A stretch of 9,640 nt of DNA from an uncultured Planctomycetia bacterium (lineage in GTDB: Bacteria; Omnitrophota; Gorgyraeia; Duberdicusellales; 4484-171). The DNA is taken from NCBI GenBank assembly GCA_964536865.1, contig CAZHYN010000021.1:1-9640 (forward strand), given 5' to 3'. Each line of letters opens with the position of its first letter. Position 1 is the first letter of the stretch. A program made the position numbers and the translations under genes. The notes under the pieces were generated by a model. That model did no database searches. It was not told where the DNA came from and was given only the letters and a program-made list of their open reading frames with translations. Positions 1 through 6,882 of this stretch are shown here, piece after piece.

Positions 1-39
1 ATATTTTTTGATATCTTTCATCTTAACAATATACTCCAT
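1..39 (-). CDS. 5' end of an unidentified leftward gene that runs off the window
   Basis: Minus-strand ATG at 39-37 with AAGGAGGGGG (rc of 46-55) 9 nt upstream. The frame stays open to position 1 (MEYIVKMKDIKKY...), with a second in-frame ATG at 21-19. Only 13 codons are visible, so no product can be called. Confidence 0.3.
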   Translation of the reverse strand, partial: MEYIVKMKDIKKY

Positions 40-68
40 AGGCAACCCCCTCCTTCTTTAAAATAAAA

Positions 69-97
69 ACTATACTTTTTGAGGGGTTGCCTTTGAA
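69..97 (-). promoter_or_regulatory. Candidate sigma70-type promoter for the leftward gene
   Basis: Minus strand reads TTCAAA (rc of 92-97), a 17-nt spacer, then TATAGT (rc of 69-74), about 30 nt upstream of the ATG at 39. Confidence 0.3.
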
Positions 98-107
98 TTA
101 AAAATTT

Positions 108-137
108 TCCACCTGAGGTGGATTCGCCTTTGGCGAA
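108..137. other. Two abutting GC-rich stem-loops, terminator-like in both directions
   Basis: TCCACC-tga-GGTGGA (108-122) is followed immediately by TTCGCC-ttt-GGCGAA (123-137). The pair is flanked by AAAAATTTT upstream and AAACATTTTATTTT downstream. Confidence 0.35.
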
Positions 138-202
138 AACATTTTATTTTAGTAATTATTTTTAACATTTTGTTATTGTAACAACACAAATTCAATAAGA
201 AT

Positions 203-231
203 TTGACATATCTCTAAGTTTTTAGTAAACT
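203..231 (+). promoter_or_regulatory. Candidate sigma70-type promoter for the beta-barrel protein gene
   Basis: TTGACA (203-208), a 17-nt spacer, then TAAACT (226-231), about 19 nt upstream of the ATG at 250. Confidence 0.4.
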
Positions 232-249
232 ACTCCCTTGCTTGGAGAA

Positions 250-951
250 ATGAGAAAGAGGGGAAAGTTTTTGCTTTGTATTTTGATGGGGACAAATTTC
301 TTAATTGGAGTTAAAGTTTTCTCTGCTCCTTGTTACGGAACTTATTTACCTAAAAAAAACAAACTTCTTCTGGGGATTCAGACGCATGCCGTTTCTAAAC
401 GATATCTCAAAGATACTTACGGAAAATTAAGGAGTCTTCAGCACTTTCTACTCTTATCCTATGGAATTTTTGATTGGTTTTCTCTGGATTTAAAGGGAGG
501 AGTAGGGTTTATAAAACAGCATCCTTTGAATTCCGATGAGATAGATTATCCTTCTTGGTTAGGTGGAGGATATGGTTTTAGAGTTAAGCTTTATCATAAT
601 TCTGGGGATAAGATAAAAGTAGTAGGAGGGTTTCAACATATAAGTATTCATCCTAAGAGGGTTTATCTTGAGGGAGTAAAAAACAAAGCTGTTTTAGATG
701 ATTGGCAATTTTCCGTTTTGATTTCTAAGACCTTGTCCAGGTTTACTTCCTATATAGGAGTAAAGTGGTCAAGGATGGATTATATCCACTGGCATAGTGG
801 GATTAGGAAACGTAAAAAATCTGATTTAACTAAATCTTTAGGATTGATATTGGGTTTAGACATACCTTTAAGTAGAAGGACTTATCTCAACTTAGAGACC
901 CATTTCTTTGATGAAGAAGCCACAGCTATTTCTTACCTCTGTAAATTTTAA
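250..951 (+). CDS. Putative outer-membrane beta-barrel protein, family unknown
   Basis: From the ATG at 250 the N-terminus is a signal peptide: MRKRGK, a hydrophobic core, then VFSA/P. The body shows alternating hydrophobic/polar strand-like segments (GGGYGFRVKLY, KVVGGFQHISIH, YIGVKWSRMDYIHW, LGLILGLDI). The C-terminal residue is Phe (...ISYLCKF), typical of BAM substrates. I recognise no named family. Confidence 0.6.
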   Translation: MRKRGKFLLCILMGTNFLIGVKVFSAPCYGTYLPKKNKLLLGIQTHAVSKRYLKDTYGKLRSLQHFLLLSYGIFDWFSLDLKGGVGFIKQHPLNSDEIDYPSWLGGGYGFRVKLYHNSGDKIKVVGGFQHISIHPKRVYLEGVKNKAVLDDWQFSVLISKTLSRFTSYIGVKWSRMDYIHWHSGIRKRKKSDLTKSLGLILGLDIPLSRRTYLNLETHFFDEEATAISYLCKF

Positions 952-1087
952 TTGATAATAATAAAAAATAGGAAGGAAGACTTTCTAAGCTATCTCATAG
1001 AAAATCTCACATCAAGGAGATGATTGAGTTTAAAAGATATTTCGACTCCGATTTTCTTCTAGGAAGGGGTAATTTATTCGATGTAGA

Positions 1088-1477
1088 ATGAAACCCTACT
1101 TAACTGTAGTAGCAGGTTTAATTAGAAGAGGTAAGAAAGTTTTAATCTGCCAAAGGAAGAAGGATGATGTTTTTTCTCTATTATGGGAATTCCCTGGAGG
1201 AAAAGTAGAGAAGGGAGAGTCTTTGGAGGAGGCTTTGATAAGGGAGATTAGAGAAGAGTTAGGAGTAGAGATAAAGGTAAATAGGTTAGTTAATGCTTTC
1301 TATGATGAAAATGAGAAAATGCGGATAAAAGTTTATTTATTTGAGAGTAGAATAGTGAAAGGAGATCCTCAACCTCTAGAGTGCGAAGATGTTAAAATCG
1401 TAGATATAGATGAACTTGATAATTTTGCCTTAGCACCTGTAGATAAGAAAATTGCTCTTTTTTTAAAAGAAAATTAA
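1088..1477 (+). CDS. mutT: Nudix hydrolase, MutT-like 8-oxo-dGTP diphosphatase
   Basis: Nudix box GGKVEKGESLEEALIREIREELGV matches GX5EX7REUXEEXGU. The 129-aa length and the N-terminal VVAGLIRRGKKVLICQR strand resemble MutT. Confidence 0.85.
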   Translation: MKPYLTVVAGLIRRGKKVLICQRKKDDVFSLLWEFPGGKVEKGESLEEALIREIREELGVEIKVNRLVNAFYDENEKMRIKVYLFESRIVKGDPQPLECEDVKIVDIDELDNFALAPVDKKIALFLKEN

Positions 1478-2145
1478 CTACTCTCTATTTCTTCTATATG
1501 ATGCCTTATATCTTTACCTTTAATGATATAGTAAACATCTTCGGCAATATTGGTAGAATGGTCAGCAATTCTCTCCAGATATTTCCCTACTAAGATCAGT
1601 TTTATAGCTCGATTTATGTTTTTAGGATCACTAAGCATGTAAGTTAGCAATTCTCTAAATATCTGGTCGTTTAGATTATCCACAGTGTCGTCACGTTTAC
1701 AAATATCTCGAGCTAATTTTGCGTCTTTTTCTAAAAAAGCTTTTATAGCGTCTTCTAGCATTCCTTGAGCGATTTGAGCCATTCTAGGAACATCAATCAG
1801 AGGTTTAAGAGGAGGCTCTTTTAAGAGTTCTATGTTTCTCTCAGCAATATTTACTGCTAAATCAGCCATTCTCTCTAAGTCAGAATTTATCTTTATTACA
1901 GAAATTATAAATCTTAAGTCACTAGCTGCAGGTTGTCTTAGAGCAATGAGCTTTAAAGCGTGGTCATCAATCTCAATTTGAGCCATGTTAACTTTTTCTT
2001 CGTCTTCAAAGACTTTCTCAATTAGTGATTCATTTCTCTCTTTCAGTGATTCCACAGCATTTTTTATCATTCTTTTAACTAATTCCGACGTTTCTATCAA
2101 TTTTTGTTTCAATTCCTTTAATTCTTCGTCAAAACGCCTTTCCAT
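1474..2145 (-). CDS. phoU: Phosphate signalling complex protein PhoU
   Basis: Two PhoU repeats with conserved acidic motifs (ERMADLAVNIAE, ERIADHSTNIAED). The start is set at ATG 2145, which has AAGGAGGG (rc of 2151-2158) 5 nt upstream and follows the pstB stop (2159-2161). It is the last gene of the pst operon. Confidence 0.9.
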   Translation of the reverse strand: MERRFDEELKELKQKLIETSELVKRMIKNAVESLKERNESLIEKVFEDEEKVNMAQIEIDDHALKLIALRQPAASDLRFIISVIKINSDLERMADLAVNIAERNIELLKEPPLKPLIDVPRMAQIAQGMLEDAIKAFLEKDAKLARDICKRDDTVDNLNDQIFRELLTYMLSDPKNINRAIKLILVGKYLERIADHSTNIAEDVYYIIKGKDIRHHIEEIESS

Positions 2146-2158
2146 TTTTTCCCTCCTT

Positions 2159-2923
2159 TTAGCCAAATTTACCAGTAATATAGTTTTCTGTTCTAGTATC
2201 AGATGGGTGAGTAAATATCTTTTCCGTAGTATCAAATTCTACCAGTTCGCCCAGAAGCATGAAGCCACAAAATTGGGATACCCTCGCTGCCTGTTGCATA
2301 TTATGAGTTACGATAACAATAGTATATCTTTCTTTGAGTTTAAATAACAGCTCCTCGATCTTTAAAGTAGCGATAGGATCTAAACTTGAGCATGGTTCAT
2401 CCAGAAGTATAATCTCCGGTTTTAATATTATAACCCTTGCAATACAGAGACGTTGTTGTTGTTCTAAAGTTAAATTTTTTGCATTCTTTTTTAATTTATC
2501 TTTTAATTCATTCCACAGCCCTACACTTTCTAAAGCATGTTCTATCTCTTCTAATATTTTTGTTTTACTTCTGGAGAGGCGATGAATCTTTACTCCAAAA
2601 GCTAAGTTTTCATATACGGAAAGGTCAAAAACGTTTGGTCTCTGGAAAACCATCCCCACCTTTCTTCTTAAAGAGATAAGATCTATTTCAGGAAGATTAA
2701 TATTTTGATTGTCTATAATTACTTTACCTTTGGTTCTTACATTTTCAATCAGGTCATTCATGCGGTTAAAGCATCTTAAGAGAGTAGATTTTCCGCATCC
2801 TGATGGTCCAATAATAGCAGTGATATTTTTAGGAGGAATTTTTATGTTGATATCTTTAAGAGCCTGGAATTCTCCATAGAATAGATTTAAATTTATAGTT
2901 TGAATTTTGCAAGAATACTCCAT
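2159..2923 (-). CDS. pstB: Phosphate ABC transporter ATP-binding protein PstB, distal copy with a degenerate signature motif
   Basis: Walker A GPSGCGKST, Q-loop VFQRPN, Walker B ILLDEPCSSLDP, H-loop VTHNMQQAARV and the PstB-typical C-terminus ENYITGKFG are all present. The signature reads LTLEQQQRL instead of LSGGQQQRL. The ATG overlaps the upstream pstB stop by 1 nt (TAATG). Confidence 0.93.
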   Translation of the reverse strand: MEYSCKIQTINLNLFYGEFQALKDINIKIPPKNITAIIGPSGCGKSTLLRCFNRMNDLIENVRTKGKVIIDNQNINLPEIDLISLRRKVGMVFQRPNVFDLSVYENLAFGVKIHRLSRSKTKILEEIEHALESVGLWNELKDKLKKNAKNLTLEQQQRLCIARVIILKPEIILLDEPCSSLDPIATLKIEELLFKLKERYTIVIVTHNMQQAARVSQFCGFMLLGELVEFDTTEKIFTHPSDTRTENYITGKFG

Positions 2924-3675
2924 TAACCAAACCTACCTCTTATGTAGTCATCAGTGCGTTTATCTTTAGGAGAAGTGAAAAGAATAGAGGTAGTGTTACT
3001 TTCTATTAGCTCTCCCATAAGGAAGAAAGCACAACGTTGAGTGACTCTGGCTGCTTGTTTAGTATTGTTGGTTACAAGAATTTGCGTATAATTCTTTCGA
3101 AGTTCTCTCATAGCTTCTTCTATTTTTGCTGTAGAGATAGGGTCAAGTCCTGAACATGGCTCGTCGTAAAGAATGACTTCCGGTTCAACAGCTAAGACCC
3201 GAGCGATGCATAATCTTTGTTGTTGTCCTCCGGATAATTTGTTGGCGGATGTATGTAGTCGATCCTTTACCTCCTCCCAAAGATATGCTTTTTTTAGAGC
3301 TTCTTCCACTATAGAGTCAAGTTGCTTTCTTTTTTTTAAGCCGTGAACCTTAGGACCGTAGGCAACATTTTCATAGATAGTCATGGGAAGAATCTGAGGT
3401 AGAGCAAATACTATCCCAATTTTTTTCCTTAAGATGCTATCTTTCATTTCTCTTATATCTTTACCCTCTAATAAAATCTTTCCTTTCTGGTGGTAATTGG
3501 CGTGAAGACAATTTAGTCGATTTAGAGCTCTTAAGAAAGTAGTTTTTCCACTATTAGCTGGTCCAATAATTCCTAAGATTTCATTTTTATAAATCTCCAT
3601 ATTCAAATTTCTTAAAACACAAGAATCATCAAAGTAAGCACTTAAGTTGACAACTTTTATTAGGGGTTCTACCAT
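2923..3675 (-). CDS. pstB: PstB paralogue, proximal copy with a canonical signature but altered Q-loop and H-loop
   Basis: Signature LSGGQQQRLCIARV, Walker B ILYDEPCSGLDP and C-terminus DDYIRGRFG are canonical. Walker A is GPANSGKTT. At the Q-loop position the sequence is VFALPQ (Gln to Ala). At the H-loop position it is VTNNTKQAARV (His to Asn). Confidence 0.9.
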   Translation of the reverse strand: MVEPLIKVVNLSAYFDDSCVLRNLNMEIYKNEILGIIGPANSGKTTFLRALNRLNCLHANYHQKGKILLEGKDIREMKDSILRKKIGIVFALPQILPMTIYENVAYGPKVHGLKKRKQLDSIVEEALKKAYLWEEVKDRLHTSANKLSGGQQQRLCIARVLAVEPEVILYDEPCSGLDPISTAKIEEAMRELRKNYTQILVTNNTKQAARVTQRCAFFLMGELIESNTTSILFTSPKDKRTDDYIRGRFG

Positions 3676-4520
3676 AGTTTTTTCTTTCTAAAATAGGCTC
3701 GCAATATTATGCTTAATAGGTTCATTAAGAACACTAATACAATTAAAACTAGAGCTGTAGCAAAACTTAAAGAAAGGGGCATATTGGGTATTTGCGTAGA
3801 AATTACATAGAGATGGTAGGGGAGAGTCATAGCTTGGTCAAATATCGAACGAGGGAGTCTGGGAAGGTAGAAAGCGGCTACTGTAAAAAGGATAGGGGCA
3901 GTTTCTCCAGCTGCTCTACTTAAGGCTAGAACTGTTCCTGTAAGAATTCCTGGTAAACTATAGGGAAGGACACAGTACCTTATTGTTTGCCATCTTGTGG
4001 CCCCTAGAGAGAGACTTATTTCTCGAAATGATTTAGGAACAGCTTCCAAAGCCTCTTTAGTAGCAGTAATAATTACGGGGAGGCTCATTATTGCTAAAGT
4101 TAGGGAACCTGCTAAAATAGAGGTACCAAACTTTAGAAAGATTACAAACATAGCGAACCCAAATAGTCCATACACAATAGAGGGCACTCCAGAGAGGTTA
4201 ATTATAGCTAACTTTATAGTACGAGTAAGCCAATTTTCCCGAGCATACTCTACCAGATAGATAGCTGCTAGAATTCCTAAAGGAAGAGAAAAAACCATTG
4301 TTCCTAATATCAAATAGATTGTACCTATGATAGCAGGAAATATCCCTCCTTCTTTCATTCCATTTCTAGGAGGTTGAGCTAAGAATTCCCAGGTTAAAGC
4401 AGTAGCACCGTTCTTTATGATGTAGGCAATCACCCCTATTATGGGAAGAATGATTATTAAAGCGATCATTCCTAAAATAAAGAACGCTAATTTTTCTCTG
4501 GTTTTGGCATCAAATTTCAT
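3669..4520 (-). CDS. pstA: Phosphate ABC transporter permease PstA
   Basis: Multi-pass membrane protein with the EAA-type loop EISLSLGATRWQTIRYCVLP. It is the second permease in pstS-C-A-B order and overlaps pstB by 7 nt. Confidence 0.9.
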   Translation of the reverse strand: MKFDAKTREKLAFFILGMIALIIILPIIGVIAYIIKNGATALTWEFLAQPPRNGMKEGGIFPAIIGTIYLILGTMVFSLPLGILAAIYLVEYARENWLTRTIKLAIINLSGVPSIVYGLFGFAMFVIFLKFGTSILAGSLTLAIMSLPVIITATKEALEAVPKSFREISLSLGATRWQTIRYCVLPYSLPGILTGTVLALSRAAGETAPILFTVAAFYLPRLPRSIFDQAMTLPYHLYVISTQIPNMPLSLSFATALVLIVLVFLMNLLSIILRAYFRKKKLW

Positions 4521-5395
4521 TTCTTACTTCTATGTAAAAATAAATCAGCTAAAAAGTTTATTATAAAGGTGATAATAAAAAGAATAAGCCCTACACTAAA
4601 GAGAGCAAAATAGTGTAGGCCACCTCTTACTGTTTCTCCCATTTCGCTAGCAATAGTCGCTGTAAGGGTTCTTAAAGGTTCCAAAATAGAGGAGGGAATA
4701 ACGGGAGAATTTCCCGTTACCATCATTACTACCATAGTTTCCCCAATAACTCGACCTATTCCTAACATAATAGCAGCAATTATTCCTGAGGAGGCAGCAG
4801 GTAAAACTACTCGCCAGAGAGCTTGCCACCTCGTTGCTCCCAGTCCAAAGGCTGCCTCTTTGTAGGTATAAGGTACACTCCTTAAGGCATCCTCAGAAAT
4901 GCTTATGATAGTAGGAAGGGCCATAAATGCTAAAAGAATACTCCCTGTGAACCCACACATCCCTGTGGGGATAGAGAATATTCTTTTTACTAGTGGTCCT
5001 AGCCACACTATTCCTATGAATCCTAAGACTACACTGGGTATAGCAGCTAAAATTTCTATAAAGGACTTTAATATATTTTTTAAGAAAGAGGGAGCAACTT
5101 CAGCAATAAACATTGCGCAACCTATTCCCAAAGGTACACAGATGATAATGGCAAAGAATGTTACGTAGATAGAGCCAAGAAGGAGTGGGATAATTCCAAA
5201 AATTGGTGGTTCAGATATAGGTAACCATTTTCCTTGTGTAAGAAATTCTTTTAAGGAATATGAGTTGAAGAAGAAGAGAGAATCTTTAAGGAGAAATAAG
5301 AAGATTAAAATAACAAAGAGAATAATTAAAACACCACTTGCTTTTATAAAGAACTCTAATATACTCTCCTTAATCCTCTGTAGTTTAGGAGACAT
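4517..5395 (-). CDS. pstC: Phosphate ABC transporter permease PstC
   Basis: Multi-pass membrane protein with EAAFGLGATRWQALWRVVLP. It has an ATGA stop/start overlap with pstA. The start is placed at ATG 5395, 1 nt after the pstS stop. The track start at 5416 is a TTG lying inside pstS. Confidence 0.88.
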   Translation of the reverse strand: MSPKLQRIKESILEFFIKASGVLIILFVILIFLFLLKDSLFFFNSYSLKEFLTQGKWLPISEPPIFGIIPLLLGSIYVTFFAIIICVPLGIGCAMFIAEVAPSFLKNILKSFIEILAAIPSVVLGFIGIVWLGPLVKRIFSIPTGMCGFTGSILLAFMALPTIISISEDALRSVPYTYKEAAFGLGATRWQALWRVVLPAASSGIIAAIMLGIGRVIGETMVVMMVTGNSPVIPSSILEPLRTLTATIASEMGETVRGGLHYFALFSVGLILFIITFIINFLADLFLHRSKK

Positions 5396-5396
5396 T

Positions 5397-6245
5397 TTAC
5401 TTTTCGAGCGGAACAAACCCTACTTCTTCAACCTGCTTCTGCCCCTTTTCATTTAATACGAAGTCAATAAATATTTTCACTATCCCTCTAGGTTCTCCAT
5501 TAGTATACATAAATAACGGTCTGGATAGGGGGTATTTTTTTTCTATAACGTTTTGAGGAGTAGGTAAAAAATAATCCCCCCTATCACTAATAGCTAAAGC
5601 TTTCACCCTGGGGGAGAGATACCCCATTCCTACATAACCAATTGCTTGAGGGTTTGAGGCTACCTCTTCAACGATAGCTTGATTAGAGGAAAGGAGTAAA
5701 ACGTCAGAAGAGAATTCTTCCTTATTTTCTCTCTTATCTAGTTGAACTACTCTTTCCTTAAAATAAATATGAGTTCCTGAGCTTACTTCTCTAGAAAGAG
5801 CAACAATTGAAGAATCATACCCCCCTAATTGATTCCAGTTTTTTATTTTTCCGGTATAGATATCGTGGAGTTGTCTGATAGTTAATTTCTCAATTGGGTT
5901 TTTCTTATTTACAATTATTGCTACTCCATCAAAACCAATGATAATTTCATAAGGAATTACTTTCCATTTTTTAGCAATTTTCTTTTCTTTATCTTTTATT
6001 CTCCTAGAGGCAGTAGCAATATCCGTAGTTTTATTTATTAAAGAGGCGATGCCTACTCCACTACCACCTCCTGTGACTGCTACAAATATATAGGGGTACT
6101 CTTTCATGAACTCTTCAGCTAATTTCTGGGCAGCGTTTACTAATGTATCTGATCCTTTTACTTGGATGAAACCAGAAGGTTCTTGGATATCGGAAAACCA
6201 GGTACAGCTAATAAGAAAAATAATTATAAAAAGGCATGTTTTCAT
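5397..6245 (-). CDS. pstS: Phosphate-binding lipoprotein PstS
   Basis: Lipoprotein signal MKTCLFIIIFLISC with lipobox LISC. PstS-family motifs present: KGSDTLVNAAQKLAEEF, VTGGGSGVGIASL, SREVSSGT. It is the first gene of the operon. Confidence 0.9.
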   Translation of the reverse strand: MKTCLFIIIFLISCTWFSDIQEPSGFIQVKGSDTLVNAAQKLAEEFMKEYPYIFVAVTGGGSGVGIASLINKTTDIATASRRIKDKEKKIAKKWKVIPYEIIIGFDGVAIIVNKKNPIEKLTIRQLHDIYTGKIKNWNQLGGYDSSIVALSREVSSGTHIYFKERVVQLDKRENKEEFSSDVLLLSSNQAIVEEVASNPQAIGYVGMGYLSPRVKALAISDRGDYFLPTPQNVIEKKYPLSRPLFMYTNGEPRGIVKIFIDFVLNEKGQKQVEEVGFVPLEK

Positions 6246-6252
6246 CTTATAA

Positions 6253-6280
6253 ATTTTAACAAAAAAAAAATAACTGGCAA
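6253..6280 (-). promoter_or_regulatory. Candidate pst operon promoter
   Basis: Minus strand reads TTGCCA (rc of 6275-6280), a 16-nt spacer containing T10, then TAAAAT (rc of 6253-6258). Only 7 nt (TTATAAG) separate it from the pstS ATG, and no Shine-Dalgarno sequence is present. Confidence 0.45.
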
Positions 6281-6308
6281 GTTTTTTGTATAAGTCTTTA
6301 TTTTATAT

Positions 6309-6336
6309 TTGACCAAATATCATACAAGAGTATAAT
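6309..6336 (+). promoter_or_regulatory. Candidate pyrE promoter
   Basis: TTGACC (6309-6314), a 16-nt spacer, then consensus TATAAT (6331-6336). Nine nt separate it from the pyrE ATG at 6346, and no Shine-Dalgarno sequence is present. Confidence 0.55.
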
Positions 6337-6345
6337 TAAGTTGCT

Positions 6346-6882
6346 ATGCAAAAGAAAAAATTATGGCGACTTTTACGGAAACAAGCATTCTTCAGAAGAA
6401 GAATTAAACTTTCTTCTGGCAAGATAAGTAATTATTATATAGATGTAAGAAGAGTTAGTTTAACAGGAGAAGGTATATATTTGATTTCTCATCTCATATG
6501 GGATTTAATCAAAAATGAGAAAGTCACTGCTATTGGAGGTCCTACCTTAGGAGCAGATCCTATAATAGGAGGAGTGTGTTTTTTGGCTTACAAAAATAGA
6601 AAGAAATTAAAAGGATTTATAGTAAGGAAGACACCAAAAAAATATGGGGAAAGAAAGTTGATTGAGGGAGCAACACTTTCTTCTAAAGATAGGGTGGTTC
6701 TAATAGATGATGTAGCTACTACTGGTTCTTCTCTCCTTAAAGCTATAGAGATTTTAAAGAGAGAAAACGTAAGAGTAGTTAAGATAATTGTAGTCGTGGA
6801 TAGAAAAGAAGGTGCACGTCAGCTTTTCTCCAATCTAGATTATCCTTTTTTAGCTTTATTCACCAGAGATGATTTCCTGTAG
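6346..6882 (+). CDS. pyrE: Orotate phosphoribosyltransferase
   Basis: PRPP-binding motif VVLIDDVATTGSS and the OPRT N-terminal motif LSSGKISNYYIDVRR. Length is 178 aa. Confidence 0.9.
   Translation: MQKKKLWRLLRKQAFFRRRIKLSSGKISNYYIDVRRVSLTGEGIYLISHLIWDLIKNEKVTAIGGPTLGADPIIGGVCFLAYKNRKKLKGFIVRKTPKKYGERKLIEGATLSSKDRVVLIDDVATTGSSLLKAIEILKRENVRVVKIIVVVDRKEGARQLFSNLDYPFLALFTRDDFL

Noticed and set aside
238-249. TTG start at 238 for the beta-barrel protein
   Set aside because: It would coincide with the predicted transcription start. The ATG at 250 gives a normal signal-peptide n-region (MRKRGK).
2146-2235. 30-codon N-terminal extension of the phoU ORF (track start at 2235)
   Set aside because: The extension lies inside pstB and has no PhoU similarity. 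The ATG at 2145 has a strong AAGGAGGG Shine-Dalgarno sequence and follows the pstB stop.
1985-2679. Plus-strand ORFs 1985-2347, 2334-2585 and 2437-2679
   Set aside because: They lie entirely antisense to phoU and pstB, which have strong motif support. Their products are low-complexity Ser/Phe/Leu-rich sequences typical of shadow frames in AT-rich DNA.
5396-5416. TTG start at 5416 for pstC
   Set aside because: It requires a 20-nt overlap with pstS and a rare start codon. The ATG at 5395 sits 1 nt after the pstS stop, matching the tight coupling seen elsewhere in the operon. The upstream start is not formally excluded.
3997-5456. ORFs 3997-4260 (+), 4647-4829 (-), 4899-5168 (+) and 5265-5456 (+)
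   Set aside because: All are embedded in pstA or pstC, either antisense or in an alternate frame. They have no start context or recognisable motifs, and the permease frames are clearly the real ones.
6246-6345. Pho boxes upstream of pstS
   Set aside because: Only loosely repeated ACTT(A/G) segments at irregular spacing are present. I could not find a convincing pair of direct repeats with 11-bp periodicity replacing the -35.
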